Positions 29,296 through 38,329 of a stretch of 64,000 nt of DNA are shown piece by piece (positions within the stretch are counted from its first letter, which is position 1; every line of letters starts with the position of its first letter). The stretch comes from Spirochaetaceae bacterium (lineage in GTDB: Bacteria > Spirochaetota > Spirochaetia > DSM-2461): assembly GCA_051531975.1 (NCBI GenBank), contig JAOPTT010000018.1, positions 8,147 through 72,146 of the forward strand, written 5' to 3'. A model generated the notes under the pieces. That model saw only the letters and a list, made by a program, of their open reading frames with translations, did not search any database and had not been told where the DNA came from. A program made the translations under genes and the position numbers.

Positions 29296-30638
29296 AAAAA
29301 ACAGTATTCAGCCTTCTAATTTTATTGTCCTCTATTACTTGTTTCTCTGAGGAGTTAAATAAAGAAAATTGGACTGTAGAGTGGGGTCAGTTAGAGGGCA
29401 ATAATTTGTCTCTTAGTAATCAACTTTTATTAACTTCAATTCCAACATATTTTTCTCAGAATATTCAAAAAGAGCATAAACATTATATTGATAAAAACGA
29501 ATCCTTATTGGTTTTAAGACATATAAGGGATAAAAATATAGATGACTTAAAAGATGAGAAATTTAAGATTTTAAAGGCAAAGGACAAGTTAATTTTTTTA
29601 GAAAAGCCTGATAATAAGAAAAAAAAAGAGTTCGATAAAAGGATACAAGAATTAAATGATGAAATTTCGAAACTGAATAATATTGAAATTAGTAAATTAG
29701 ATTTTATTAATGATTTAGTAATTGATTACCAACCTAAAACACCATCCTTCAAAGCATTAAAAGATAACCAAATTAGACATTATATTCATAGAGAAAATAT
29801 TGATTATTTTGTAAGTGGAACTATTGAACAAGAAGAAGATAGTCTTTTTTTAACACTAAAGTTATATTCAAAATACACAGATGAGATCCAAATAATTTGG
29901 AGTGGTGTTGGAAGTAATGAAGAGATTATGGGTTATAGAGAAGAGATGTTAGTTGAACTATATAAATATTTAGTATCTCCAGATCTGTATCAAATTGAAA
30001 TAAATATTGAACCAGAGGATGGACTTATTTATATCAATGATAGTTTTAGATCATTAGGGTATTATAAAGGATTCTTTCTTAAAAATACTGAACTAGATAT
30101 TACAATTTCAAAAGAAGGATTTAATAAATTAGAACTTTCTAGAATAATAGATGAAGATATGAAAGTTAATTTAAAATTACTACCGGTTAATACTAAGAGT
30201 GTAAATATAAAGTCTGTTCCCTCTGGGGCGTCTCTATACTATGGATCTTTGTATATCGGTAAAACACCACTAGATATACCTATCTATTCATATTCACAGA
30301 AACTTACCTTAAGCTATGATGGGTATATGGATCAAGCAATATTAATAAATGGAGACAGTACAAGTTCAGAAATCCTTTTAACTAAGGGTATTATTGATAA
30401 GGAATATAATTTTATAAAAGAAAAGAAGAACTTTTTTATATCTTCTGCAATTTTTTCTTTCTCTCTTGGTATTCCTTTGTATTTATCAGCCCAAAATGAT
30501 AATGTTTTGGATGATGATCAAGTTGATATTACTGACTTAATTGTAAATATTTCAATTGGTAATGCTGTTGTATGGGGTATAAACCTGTTTTATAGATTGT
30601 ATATATATTTAAAAGCAGCAGAAATGAGTGTAGAGTAG
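29292..30638 (+). CDS. PEGA-domain secreted/membrane protein
   Basis: Signal peptide; SVPSGASLY....YIGKTPL and GY PEGA motifs; C-terminal hydrophobic helices. Confidence 0.8.
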   Translation: MKKTVFSLLILLSSITCFSEELNKENWTVEWGQLEGNNLSLSNQLLLTSIPTYFSQNIQKEHKHYIDKNESLLVLRHIRDKNIDDLKDEKFKILKAKDKLIFLEKPDNKKKKEFDKRIQELNDEISKLNNIEISKLDFINDLVIDYQPKTPSFKALKDNQIRHYIHRENIDYFVSGTIEQEEDSLFLTLKLYSKYTDEIQIIWSGVGSNEEIMGYREEMLVELYKYLVSPDLYQIEINIEPEDGLIYINDSFRSLGYYKGFFLKNTELDITISKEGFNKLELSRIIDEDMKVNLKLLPVNTKSVNIKSVPSGASLYYGSLYIGKTPLDIPIYSYSQKLTLSYDGYMDQAILINGDSTSSEILLTKGIIDKEYNFIKEKKNFFISSAIFSFSLGIPLYLSAQNDNVLDDDQVDITDLIVNISIGNAVVWGINLFYRLYIYLKAAEMSVE

Positions 30639-30648
30639 GAATGATGAT

Positions 30649-31521
30649 ATGTTAAAAAATTTTAGTCAAAAACTTAAAAATATATTTAGAACTAATGTTG
30701 ATGAAAATTTCTTTGAAGATATGGAAGATTTATTAATTGAATCCGATCTTGGTGCAACATTAGCAATTCAGATTGTAGATCGATTAAGAGAGCAGAGTAA
30801 AAAAAATAGATTAAAATCAATTGATGATTTAAAAGCAGAGCTAAAAGTTATACTTGATTATTATATATTAGAAGATACCCTGGATGTTGATGAGAACAAA
30901 TTAAATTTATTTCTGTTTCTAGGAGTTAATGGTGTTGGGAAAACTACCACTATTGGGCGTTTAACTAATTATTATAAAAAGATTGAGGGCATTGAAAATA
31001 TCGTTTTAAGTGCAGGTGATACATTTAGAGCTGCAGCAGTTGATCAATTAAAAATTCACGGTGAAAGAACTGATACCAGGGTTGTTAGCCAAGCCCATGG
31101 CGCAGACCCAGGTGCAGTTATATTTGACACAATAAAATCTGCACAATCTAAGGGTGAGACACTAATTCTAGCTGATACTGCTGGTCGGATGCATAATCGT
31201 GCAAACTTAATAAAAGAGTTAGAGAAGATTAATAAAATAGTTTTAAATGCTGTCGAAGACCAAAACTATAAAAAAATATTAGTTATTGATTGTACTACGG
31301 GGCAAAATGGGTTAAACCAGGCTCTTCAATTTAACGAAGCAGTTGATATTGATGGTGTTGTATTAACAAAATATGACTCTAGTGCAAAAGGGGGGATAAT
31401 CCCAGCCATTTGTAACAAACTTAAAATCCCATTTTATTTCATTGGAACAGGAGAGGGATTAGAAGATATAAAACCGTTTAATAAATCTGAATATATAAAT
31501 GAATTAATAGGAATCGAATGA
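30649..31521 (+). CDS. ftsY: SRP receptor GTPase FtsY
   Basis: GVNGVGKTTT, DTFRAAA, DTAGR, TKYDSSAKGG. Confidence 0.97.
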   Translation: MLKNFSQKLKNIFRTNVDENFFEDMEDLLIESDLGATLAIQIVDRLREQSKKNRLKSIDDLKAELKVILDYYILEDTLDVDENKLNLFLFLGVNGVGKTTTIGRLTNYYKKIEGIENIVLSAGDTFRAAAVDQLKIHGERTDTRVVSQAHGADPGAVIFDTIKSAQSKGETLILADTAGRMHNRANLIKELEKINKIVLNAVEDQNYKKILVIDCTTGQNGLNQALQFNEAVDIDGVVLTKYDSSAKGGIIPAICNKLKIPFYFIGTGEGLEDIKPFNKSEYINELIGIE

Positions 31522-32582
31522 GATTACATTTAATATTGTTTCTACTTTTTTCTCAATTTTTATATAGTGAAACTCTGTTTCACAAGTCTAATAAGTCTGG
31601 AATGTTACTTGGGCAGATAAAAGATGAAAAATTAGTTGATATATATGTTAAAGAAGAAATTGACAATGAAAACTTTACTAAGTCTTTTACACTATTTAAT
31701 AATAATATTATTCAGCACATAAAATTAGATGTTTATACTGAAAATTTTAAAACTTTGGTATCTTCTTCAAAAATCGAAAAAGAGATAAAAACCGTCGAGT
31801 TTTATACTGATGAATTATTAAGGATTATCGAGACATATAAAAATAAAATACTTTATAGTTCAGAAAAATATAGCTATAATTCAGATAGAAAGTTACATAA
31901 AGTTGAATTAATTGATTTAGATGGTGTTTTAATCTATACAGATGTTTATTTTAGAAACAAAGATGGTGCTTTAAGGGCCATTAAACGGTCATCTGAAATT
32001 GGTTATTATTATCATTGGTTCTATAAGGATGGTGCAATAATAGAGTCTTGGTTTATTGAAGGTAATAGTGCAACACAGACAAAATATAATAATTCTGGTG
32101 CAATATTTAATGTTACCGACTATGTTAACGACGTTTTAGTATCAAATGAAGAAATTGAATATTTCCAGAGTGGTAAGCTTAAAAGTTCAAATAAGAGCAT
32201 TGGAACTAATATTGAACGTAAGAAATTTAATAACCGAGGTGTCATAAGTGAATCCAATACATATGAAAATAATATTTTACAAAAAAAAGAACTTTATGAG
32301 TATAAAGATGATGTTTTAGTAAAAGTATTAATTGTAGGTCATGGGAAAAAGGAAGAGACATTCTATTACAGGAATAAAGACAATATAATTAATTTAATTG
32401 AATATTATGTTAATGATAAACTTAAACGTAAAGAGTATATAATAGATGAAGATACTGAAATTTGGGAACATTATAGAGATGAAATATTATATTTAAAAGA
32501 GTATTATTACCTTGGTGAAAGATTAAAAAAAGAACTTTATCATAAAGGTTCACTGTTTAAAAGCGAGATATTTAGTGAATAA
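31518..32582 (+). CDS. Secreted Tyr-rich beta-hairpin repeat protein (YwqK/MORN-variant-like)
   Basis: Signal peptide; recurring Y-x-x-G-x-L and E-x-Y patterns; overlaps ftsY and the first lol permease gene. Confidence 0.55.
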   Translation: MRLHLILFLLFSQFLYSETLFHKSNKSGMLLGQIKDEKLVDIYVKEEIDNENFTKSFTLFNNNIIQHIKLDVYTENFKTLVSSSKIEKEIKTVEFYTDELLRIIETYKNKILYSSEKYSYNSDRKLHKVELIDLDGVLIYTDVYFRNKDGALRAIKRSSEIGYYYHWFYKDGAIIESWFIEGNSATQTKYNNSGAIFNVTDYVNDVLVSNEEIEYFQSGKLKSSNKSIGTNIERKKFNNRGVISESNTYENNILQKKELYEYKDDVLVKVLIVGHGKKEETFYYRNKDNIINLIEYYVNDKLKRKEYIIDEDTEIWEHYRDEILYLKEYYYLGERLKKELYHKGSLFKSEIFSE

Positions 32583-33846
32583 TTGGATTATTTTTATAGG
32601 ATTTAGACATTTTAAGACTAAAAGAAGAGAGAAAGGTGATACGTCTACACTGCTTTCTATTATAGGGATTCTATCAGGTGTAATGACTATGATTACAGTT
32701 ATAGGTGTAATGAATGGATTTCAGGGAAGCAATATTGATAAAAAAATTGAAATCTCTTCTGCTCATATTGCCTTAGAACCTATATCAGATACACCCATAG
32801 CAGATGAAATAATTTTCAAAGATTATCCTGAAATAAAATTATTTTATAAAAGTTCTGAATTTATAACAGCAGCTTCTGATCAATGGGATAGTGAAATGAT
32901 CGGATTACAAGTTATATCTGTTCCAGAAAATATATTTAACATTGATCCCATTTTTAAACAATGGGTAAAAATTTTTGATGGAAGTTTTAATATTAGTGAT
33001 AACAAATCTATTATTATAGGGCAATCTCTTGCATATCATAAAAACTTGGGTTTAGGAGATAAATTAAACTTATTATCTTTAAAATCAACTACTACTTCAG
33101 GATATACTCCAGAACAAATTGATTATACAATTACAGGTATATTTAGAACTGGAAGTATTGATTACGATGAAAATGTAGTATTTATATCTAATAATAGTGC
33201 ACTAGAGTATTTTGTTAATATTCAAGAATTAATATATAAAATAAAAATTGATAATCGAAAAAAATATGAGCATCTAACTAATAAATTGAAAGAAAATAAA
33301 GAGATATCAAAAAATTATGAAGTTAAAAATTGGACTAACTATAATACTAGTTATTTTAATGCATTAAAAAATGAAAAAGACTTAATGACTGTATTGATAG
33401 GACTTATTTTTTTAGTTGTTGGAGTAAATATATATAACTCTTTAAGAAGGTCTGTATATCTTCGTTTTGAAGAAATCTCTGTACTAAAAACTATGGGTGC
33501 TACGTCTTTACAAGTTAGATTTATTTTTATATTAGAAAGTCTGTTTATAGGTCTAATTGGAGCTACAATTGGTGTGGTTTTAGGTTTATTAATAGCATTT
33601 AATATTAATCAGATATTTGGGATATTAGAAATTATAGTTAATTGGATTCTTAACATTGTTAACCAATCATCTGTTTCATTTTATGGTTCACAGTTTTTTT
33701 ATATAAATAAAGTTCCTGTAGCGGTGTATTTTTCAGAATGTGTTATGGTTTACCTATCTGCAGTTTTTACATCAATAATAGCAGCATATGCTGCATCTAA
33801 ACGTATATCAACAATTAAACCTGGAGAGGTAATAAGAAATGAGTAG
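32575..33846 (+). CDS. Lipoprotein-releasing ABC permease (LolC/E/F family)
   Basis: GVMNGF, EISVLKTMGA, FtsX/MacB 4-TM layout, P...IRNE C-terminus. Confidence 0.88.
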   Translation: MNNWIIFIGFRHFKTKRREKGDTSTLLSIIGILSGVMTMITVIGVMNGFQGSNIDKKIEISSAHIALEPISDTPIADEIIFKDYPEIKLFYKSSEFITAASDQWDSEMIGLQVISVPENIFNIDPIFKQWVKIFDGSFNISDNKSIIIGQSLAYHKNLGLGDKLNLLSLKSTTTSGYTPEQIDYTITGIFRTGSIDYDENVVFISNNSALEYFVNIQELIYKIKIDNRKKYEHLTNKLKENKEISKNYEVKNWTNYNTSYFNALKNEKDLMTVLIGLIFLVVGVNIYNSLRRSVYLRFEEISVLKTMGATSLQVRFIFILESLFIGLIGATIGVVLGLLIAFNINQIFGILEIIVNWILNIVNQSSVSFYGSQFFYINKVPVAVYFSECVMVYLSAVFTSIIAAYAASKRISTIKPGEVIRNE

Positions 33847-34516
33847 TATTCTTGAAGTAAGCAATGTACACAAATTATATAAATCTGAAGGTGAAAATCT
33901 TGAAGTTTTAAAAGATATATCATTTTCTTTAAATTCTGGTGAATCACTAGTTATCACTGGAGAAAGCGGGTGTGGTAAAAGTACTTTACTTAATATCATA
34001 GGTGGTTTAGATAGTGCCTCATCAGGTATAATTAAAAGCTGTGGATATGATATATCTGGTTTAAATGAAGAAAAATTAACTGATTATAGAAAAAAATCAA
34101 TTGGATTCATTTTTCAATTTCATTATTTATTAAAAGACTTTTCAGCTTTAGAAAATCTTATGTTACCTCTTTTAATTAATGGTGAAAATCGTAAAGTAGC
34201 AAAGGAACATGCTCTACAGTTAATAGAAGATGTTGGTTTAACAAATAGAAAAATGCACTTTCCATCTCAACTTTCTGGTGGCGAGAGGCAGAGAATTGCA
34301 ATAGCAAGAGCATTAGCTAATAAACCCAAAATTATACTTGCAGATGAACCTACAGGTAATCTTGATGAAAAAAACTCTAGGTTAGTTGAAGCTTTACTAT
34401 TTAAACTAGTAGAAGATTATAATAAAACCCTAATATTGGTTACCCACGATGCAACATTAAAAAAGAAGGGTAACTATCACTTCTCAATTAAAAGTGGAAG
34501 GTTTGACCATTTATGA
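33839..34516 (+). CDS. lolD: Lipoprotein-releasing ABC ATPase LolD
   Basis: GESGCGKS, GFIFQFHYLL (LolD motif), LSGGERQR, ADEPTGNLD. Confidence 0.9.
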   Translation: MSSILEVSNVHKLYKSEGENLEVLKDISFSLNSGESLVITGESGCGKSTLLNIIGGLDSASSGIIKSCGYDISGLNEEKLTDYRKKSIGFIFQFHYLLKDFSALENLMLPLLINGENRKVAKEHALQLIEDVGLTNRKMHFPSQLSGGERQRIAIARALANKPKIILADEPTGNLDEKNSRLVEALLFKLVEDYNKTLILVTHDATLKKKGNYHFSIKSGRFDHL

Positions 34517-35817
34517 GTATTAAAACAGTTATCTATCTAGGCTTAAGACCTTTTATTCCTAAAAAACATGGTATTAAGGGTGTAGTTACACATACAATAT
34601 TAGTTGTTGCAATCGCTATGTTACCACTTGTAGTTGTTTTAATGGTCGCAGATGGAATGATTCAAGGCATAACAAGTCGTTTTATTGAGACTTCTAGTTA
34701 TCATTTCCGAGTATATTCTAGGCAATCATCAGATGTATTAAATTTAGATGTATATAACGAAACAAGAGATAATATATTAAAGATTCCCTCCATTACTGTT
34801 TCTGAAGTAGAACGGACAGCAGCTGGTGTTGGTGTCGTTGGGGATATAAGACGGGGAATCGAGGTTCGTGGAATAAATCCAGAAATGTTATTAAAAGATA
34901 AATATATGTCAAAATATTTAGAAGTTGTATCTGGATCATTTGATGTATCAGATAATAATTCTATTGTTATAAGCAGTTATTTAGCTAGACAAATGCATGT
35001 AAATATTGGAGATGACTTTAGGGTAATAACTGGAAAGATACTTAAAAGTGGTAAGATTCTACCACGTATTACAAAATTAAAAGTTACTGGAGTTATTAAA
35101 ACTGGATATGAAGAGCTAGATAAATTGTGGGTTTTTATTTCTACTGACCTTTCAAAAAAAATTTTACCAAGTAACAGTTCTGAAACATTTATTGGCATAA
35201 AATGTACTAATCCCTATGGTAATCTTAATCAAGAATACTTGGATATAAAACAGGCATTGCCAAGTGGTTGGATAATTCGTAAATGGAGTCAAATAAATAG
35301 AAATGCCTATGAGAATTTCAACACAACGAAGATGGTTCTTACATTAATTATGGGACTAATTGTGGTTGTAGCAGGTATTAATATATCATCATCATTAATC
35401 ATGTTAGTTTTAGAGAAACGTCGTGACATTGCCATACTTAAAAGTATGGGACTATCTCCAGGTGAAGTTATGGGTTCTTATATTTTAACAGGAATTATTA
35501 TTGGAGTCATTGGTACTATATTAGGTGTAATTTTGGGTCTATTGATAACCTTAAATATAAACCAGATTGTATTCTTTTTTGAGAATATTATTAATTCTAT
35601 ATCTCATCTAATACAAATGTTATTTCATTTAGAACAAGATAAAAACTTTATATTTTTAGACTCCGAATATTATTTAGAAAATATACCTGTTGAGCTAAAT
35701 TTTAGAAAATTATTGTTTATGACATTTTTCTCTATAACAACAACTGCTTTAGCCTCATATTTCCCAGCTCGAAAAGCAGGCCTTATAAAACCACTAAAAA
35801 TAATGCAAAAATTTTAA
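34513..35817 (+). CDS. Lipoprotein-releasing ABC permease (LolE-like)
   Basis: LIMLVLEKRRDIAILKSMG, YFPARKA...P. Confidence 0.88.
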   Translation: MSIKTVIYLGLRPFIPKKHGIKGVVTHTILVVAIAMLPLVVVLMVADGMIQGITSRFIETSSYHFRVYSRQSSDVLNLDVYNETRDNILKIPSITVSEVERTAAGVGVVGDIRRGIEVRGINPEMLLKDKYMSKYLEVVSGSFDVSDNNSIVISSYLARQMHVNIGDDFRVITGKILKSGKILPRITKLKVTGVIKTGYEELDKLWVFISTDLSKKILPSNSSETFIGIKCTNPYGNLNQEYLDIKQALPSGWIIRKWSQINRNAYENFNTTKMVLTLIMGLIVVVAGINISSSLIMLVLEKRRDIAILKSMGLSPGEVMGSYILTGIIIGVIGTILGVILGLLITLNINQIVFFFENIINSISHLIQMLFHLEQDKNFIFLDSEYYLENIPVELNFRKLLFMTFFSITTTALASYFPARKAGLIKPLKIMQKF

Positions 35818-35869
35818 TTTATTTAGTATTTTGTTAATTATGTTCTAAAATAGTAGTAAGGGGATAATT

Positions 35870-38329
35870 ATGATTCGAGGTTTTACTCCAGAGTTTCAGA
35901 AAATTATATTAAGCACAACTCAAAAAATTGCAAGAAATTACCGTTCAATTAAGATTGAACCAGAGCATATTTTATTATCATTATTAGAAGACAAAAATAA
36001 TATATGTGCAAAATCATTATTAGCAATGAGTGTAGATGTAGATGATTTTTTATCTAATATAGATAAATCTATTAAAATTGAAGAAGAAGACTTTTATGAT
36101 TCAGGAGAAATACCCCAATCTAGAAGGTCAAAATGGTTATTTGAATCCGCTAGTAAAGAGGCTAGAAACTTTAGTAGTGATCTAATTGGGTCTGAGCATG
36201 TTCTTATTGCATGTTTAACTGAATTAGGTAGTTTAGCCAATATATATGTTTCTGGGATTAAATTAAATGTTGATATATTAAGACGTGTAATTTTTGAACT
36301 AAATAAGAAGAAAAATGCATTAAGCAAATTCACTAATAGTATCTTCCAGGATAATATTAAAACGAAAGAAGAGCCTAAAACAACTTCACTGACAGACTTT
36401 TGTATAGATTTAACACAACGGGCTAAAAGTGGGCTTATTGACCCTGTATTAGGCCGTGAATTCGAACTAGAAAGAACACTAAGGATCTTATCTAGAAGAA
36501 ACAAAAATAATCCTGTTTTAATCGGTGAACCTGGAGTTGGAAAAACTGCGATAATTGAAGGTTTAGCATCTAGAATATTTAATGGTGATGTTCCAGAAAA
36601 ATTTATGGGAAAAAAAATATTATCTCTAGATATAGCATCAATGATTGCTGGAACAAAATATAGGGGTGAATTTGAGGGTCGTTTTAAAAAACTAATTAAA
36701 GACATTATAGAAGATGGAAATGTAATTCTTTTTATTGATGAATTACACTCAATAGTTGGTGCTGGAGGTGCAGAGGGAGCAATAGATGCTTCTACGATCT
36801 TAAAACCTTCGCTTTCTAGAGGTGAAATTCGATGTATTGGTGCTACAACATTAGATGACTATAAAAGGTATATCGAAAAAGATACCGCTTTAGATCGCCG
36901 TTTTCAGCAAGTTACTGTAGAAGAGCCTGATAAAACTACCTGTATAGAAATAATAAAAGGAATCGCACATAAATATGAAGATTATCATAATGTATTTTAT
37001 ACAGAAGAAGCTCTTTTAACTGCGGTCTCTCTGTCTAATAGGTATATTACAGATAAATTTCAGCCAGATAAAACAATTGATCTTTTGGATGAAGCAGGTG
37101 CTGTAAAATCATTACGTTTTACTAAGCAGCCAGAGGAGTTATTATCATTAGAGAGTAGAGTTGATGAGTTAATACATGAAAAATCACTTCTAGTCCAGAA
37201 CCAGAATTATGAGAAAGCTGCCAGTATTAGGGACGAAGTTTTATCTATACGTCATGAAATAGAGGATTTAAAAAAGTCTTGGAAAGAGAATTTGAACTCC
37301 AAAAAAATCGAAGTATCACAAAATGATATATATGAACTAATATCAAAAATTACAGGAATTCCTTCAATGAAATTTGAAGAAGATGAAAAAATGAAGCTAT
37401 TAAAACTTGATTCCTATTTAAAAGCACGAGTAATTGGACAAGATGAAGCTGTAAATGCAATAGCTGCATCCGTTAGAAGAGGTAGAGCCGGTATATCTAG
37501 CCCTAATAGACCACTAGGCTCATTTATCTTTTTAGGTCCAACGGGTGTAGGTAAAACTTTATTAGCAAAAACATTAGCGTCGTTTTTATTTGGAAATGAA
37601 AAGTCGTTAATTAGAGTGGATATGTCTGACTATATGGAAAAACATAATATATCTAGACTTGTTGGAGCACCTCCTGGTTATGTTGGTTATGAGGAAGGTG
37701 GTTTTTTAACAGATAAAATACGTCGAAAACCATATAGTGTAATTTTATTGGATGAGATTGAGAAAGCTCATTCTGATGTATTTAATATATTATTACAAAT
37801 ATTAGAAGAGGGGGAACTCCAGGATAGTACGGGTAGAACAGTCTCTTTTAAAAATTGTGTAGTGATTATGACAAGCAATGCTGGTGCTAGGGATATTATT
37901 AATGTAAATAAATTTGGTTTTGTATCCCATGGAGGAGAGCAAGATCAAAAGTCTATACGTTCTTCTGCATTAGGTGAATTAAAGAGACTTTTTAGACCAG
38001 AATTCCTTAATAGAGTGGATGAAACAGTCGTATTTAAAGCACTTAACAGTGATAATTTACATGATATATTAGATATTAGCTTAGGTGAGTTAATAGAAAG
38101 GCTTAAAAATATGGATATTGACTTAACTCTTAGTCCAGAATCAAAAAAATATTTACTAGACGAAAAACACTATGATAAAAGTTATGGAGCACGACCTATA
38201 AGAAGGATTATTCTTAATCAATTAGAAGATCCTCTCTCATTAGAAATATTACAGGGGAACCTTGCACAAGGTGCTTATGTTTCTGTAGAATTGGAGGAAG
38301 AAAAACTTGTGTTTAACTATGGAGATTAA
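35870..38329 (+). CDS. clpC: ATP-dependent Clp protease ATPase subunit ClpC
   Basis: Clp-N repeats, GEPGVGKT, short UVR-like middle domain (QNYEKAASIRD), GPTGVGKT, GAPPGYVGY, KFGF ClpP-binding loop. Confidence 0.92.
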   Translation: MIRGFTPEFQKIILSTTQKIARNYRSIKIEPEHILLSLLEDKNNICAKSLLAMSVDVDDFLSNIDKSIKIEEEDFYDSGEIPQSRRSKWLFESASKEARNFSSDLIGSEHVLIACLTELGSLANIYVSGIKLNVDILRRVIFELNKKKNALSKFTNSIFQDNIKTKEEPKTTSLTDFCIDLTQRAKSGLIDPVLGREFELERTLRILSRRNKNNPVLIGEPGVGKTAIIEGLASRIFNGDVPEKFMGKKILSLDIASMIAGTKYRGEFEGRFKKLIKDIIEDGNVILFIDELHSIVGAGGAEGAIDASTILKPSLSRGEIRCIGATTLDDYKRYIEKDTALDRRFQQVTVEEPDKTTCIEIIKGIAHKYEDYHNVFYTEEALLTAVSLSNRYITDKFQPDKTIDLLDEAGAVKSLRFTKQPEELLSLESRVDELIHEKSLLVQNQNYEKAASIRDEVLSIRHEIEDLKKSWKENLNSKKIEVSQNDIYELISKITGIPSMKFEEDEKMKLLKLDSYLKARVIGQDEAVNAIAASVRRGRAGISSPNRPLGSFIFLGPTGVGKTLLAKTLASFLFGNEKSLIRVDMSDYMEKHNISRLVGAPPGYVGYEEGGFLTDKIRRKPYSVILLDEIEKAHSDVFNILLQILEEGELQDSTGRTVSFKNCVVIMTSNAGARDIINVNKFGFVSHGGEQDQKSIRSSALGELKRLFRPEFLNRVDETVVFKALNSDNLHDILDISLGELIERLKNMDIDLTLSPESKKYLLDEKHYDKSYGARPIRRIILNQLEDPLSLEILQGNLAQGAYVSVELEEEKLVFNYGD

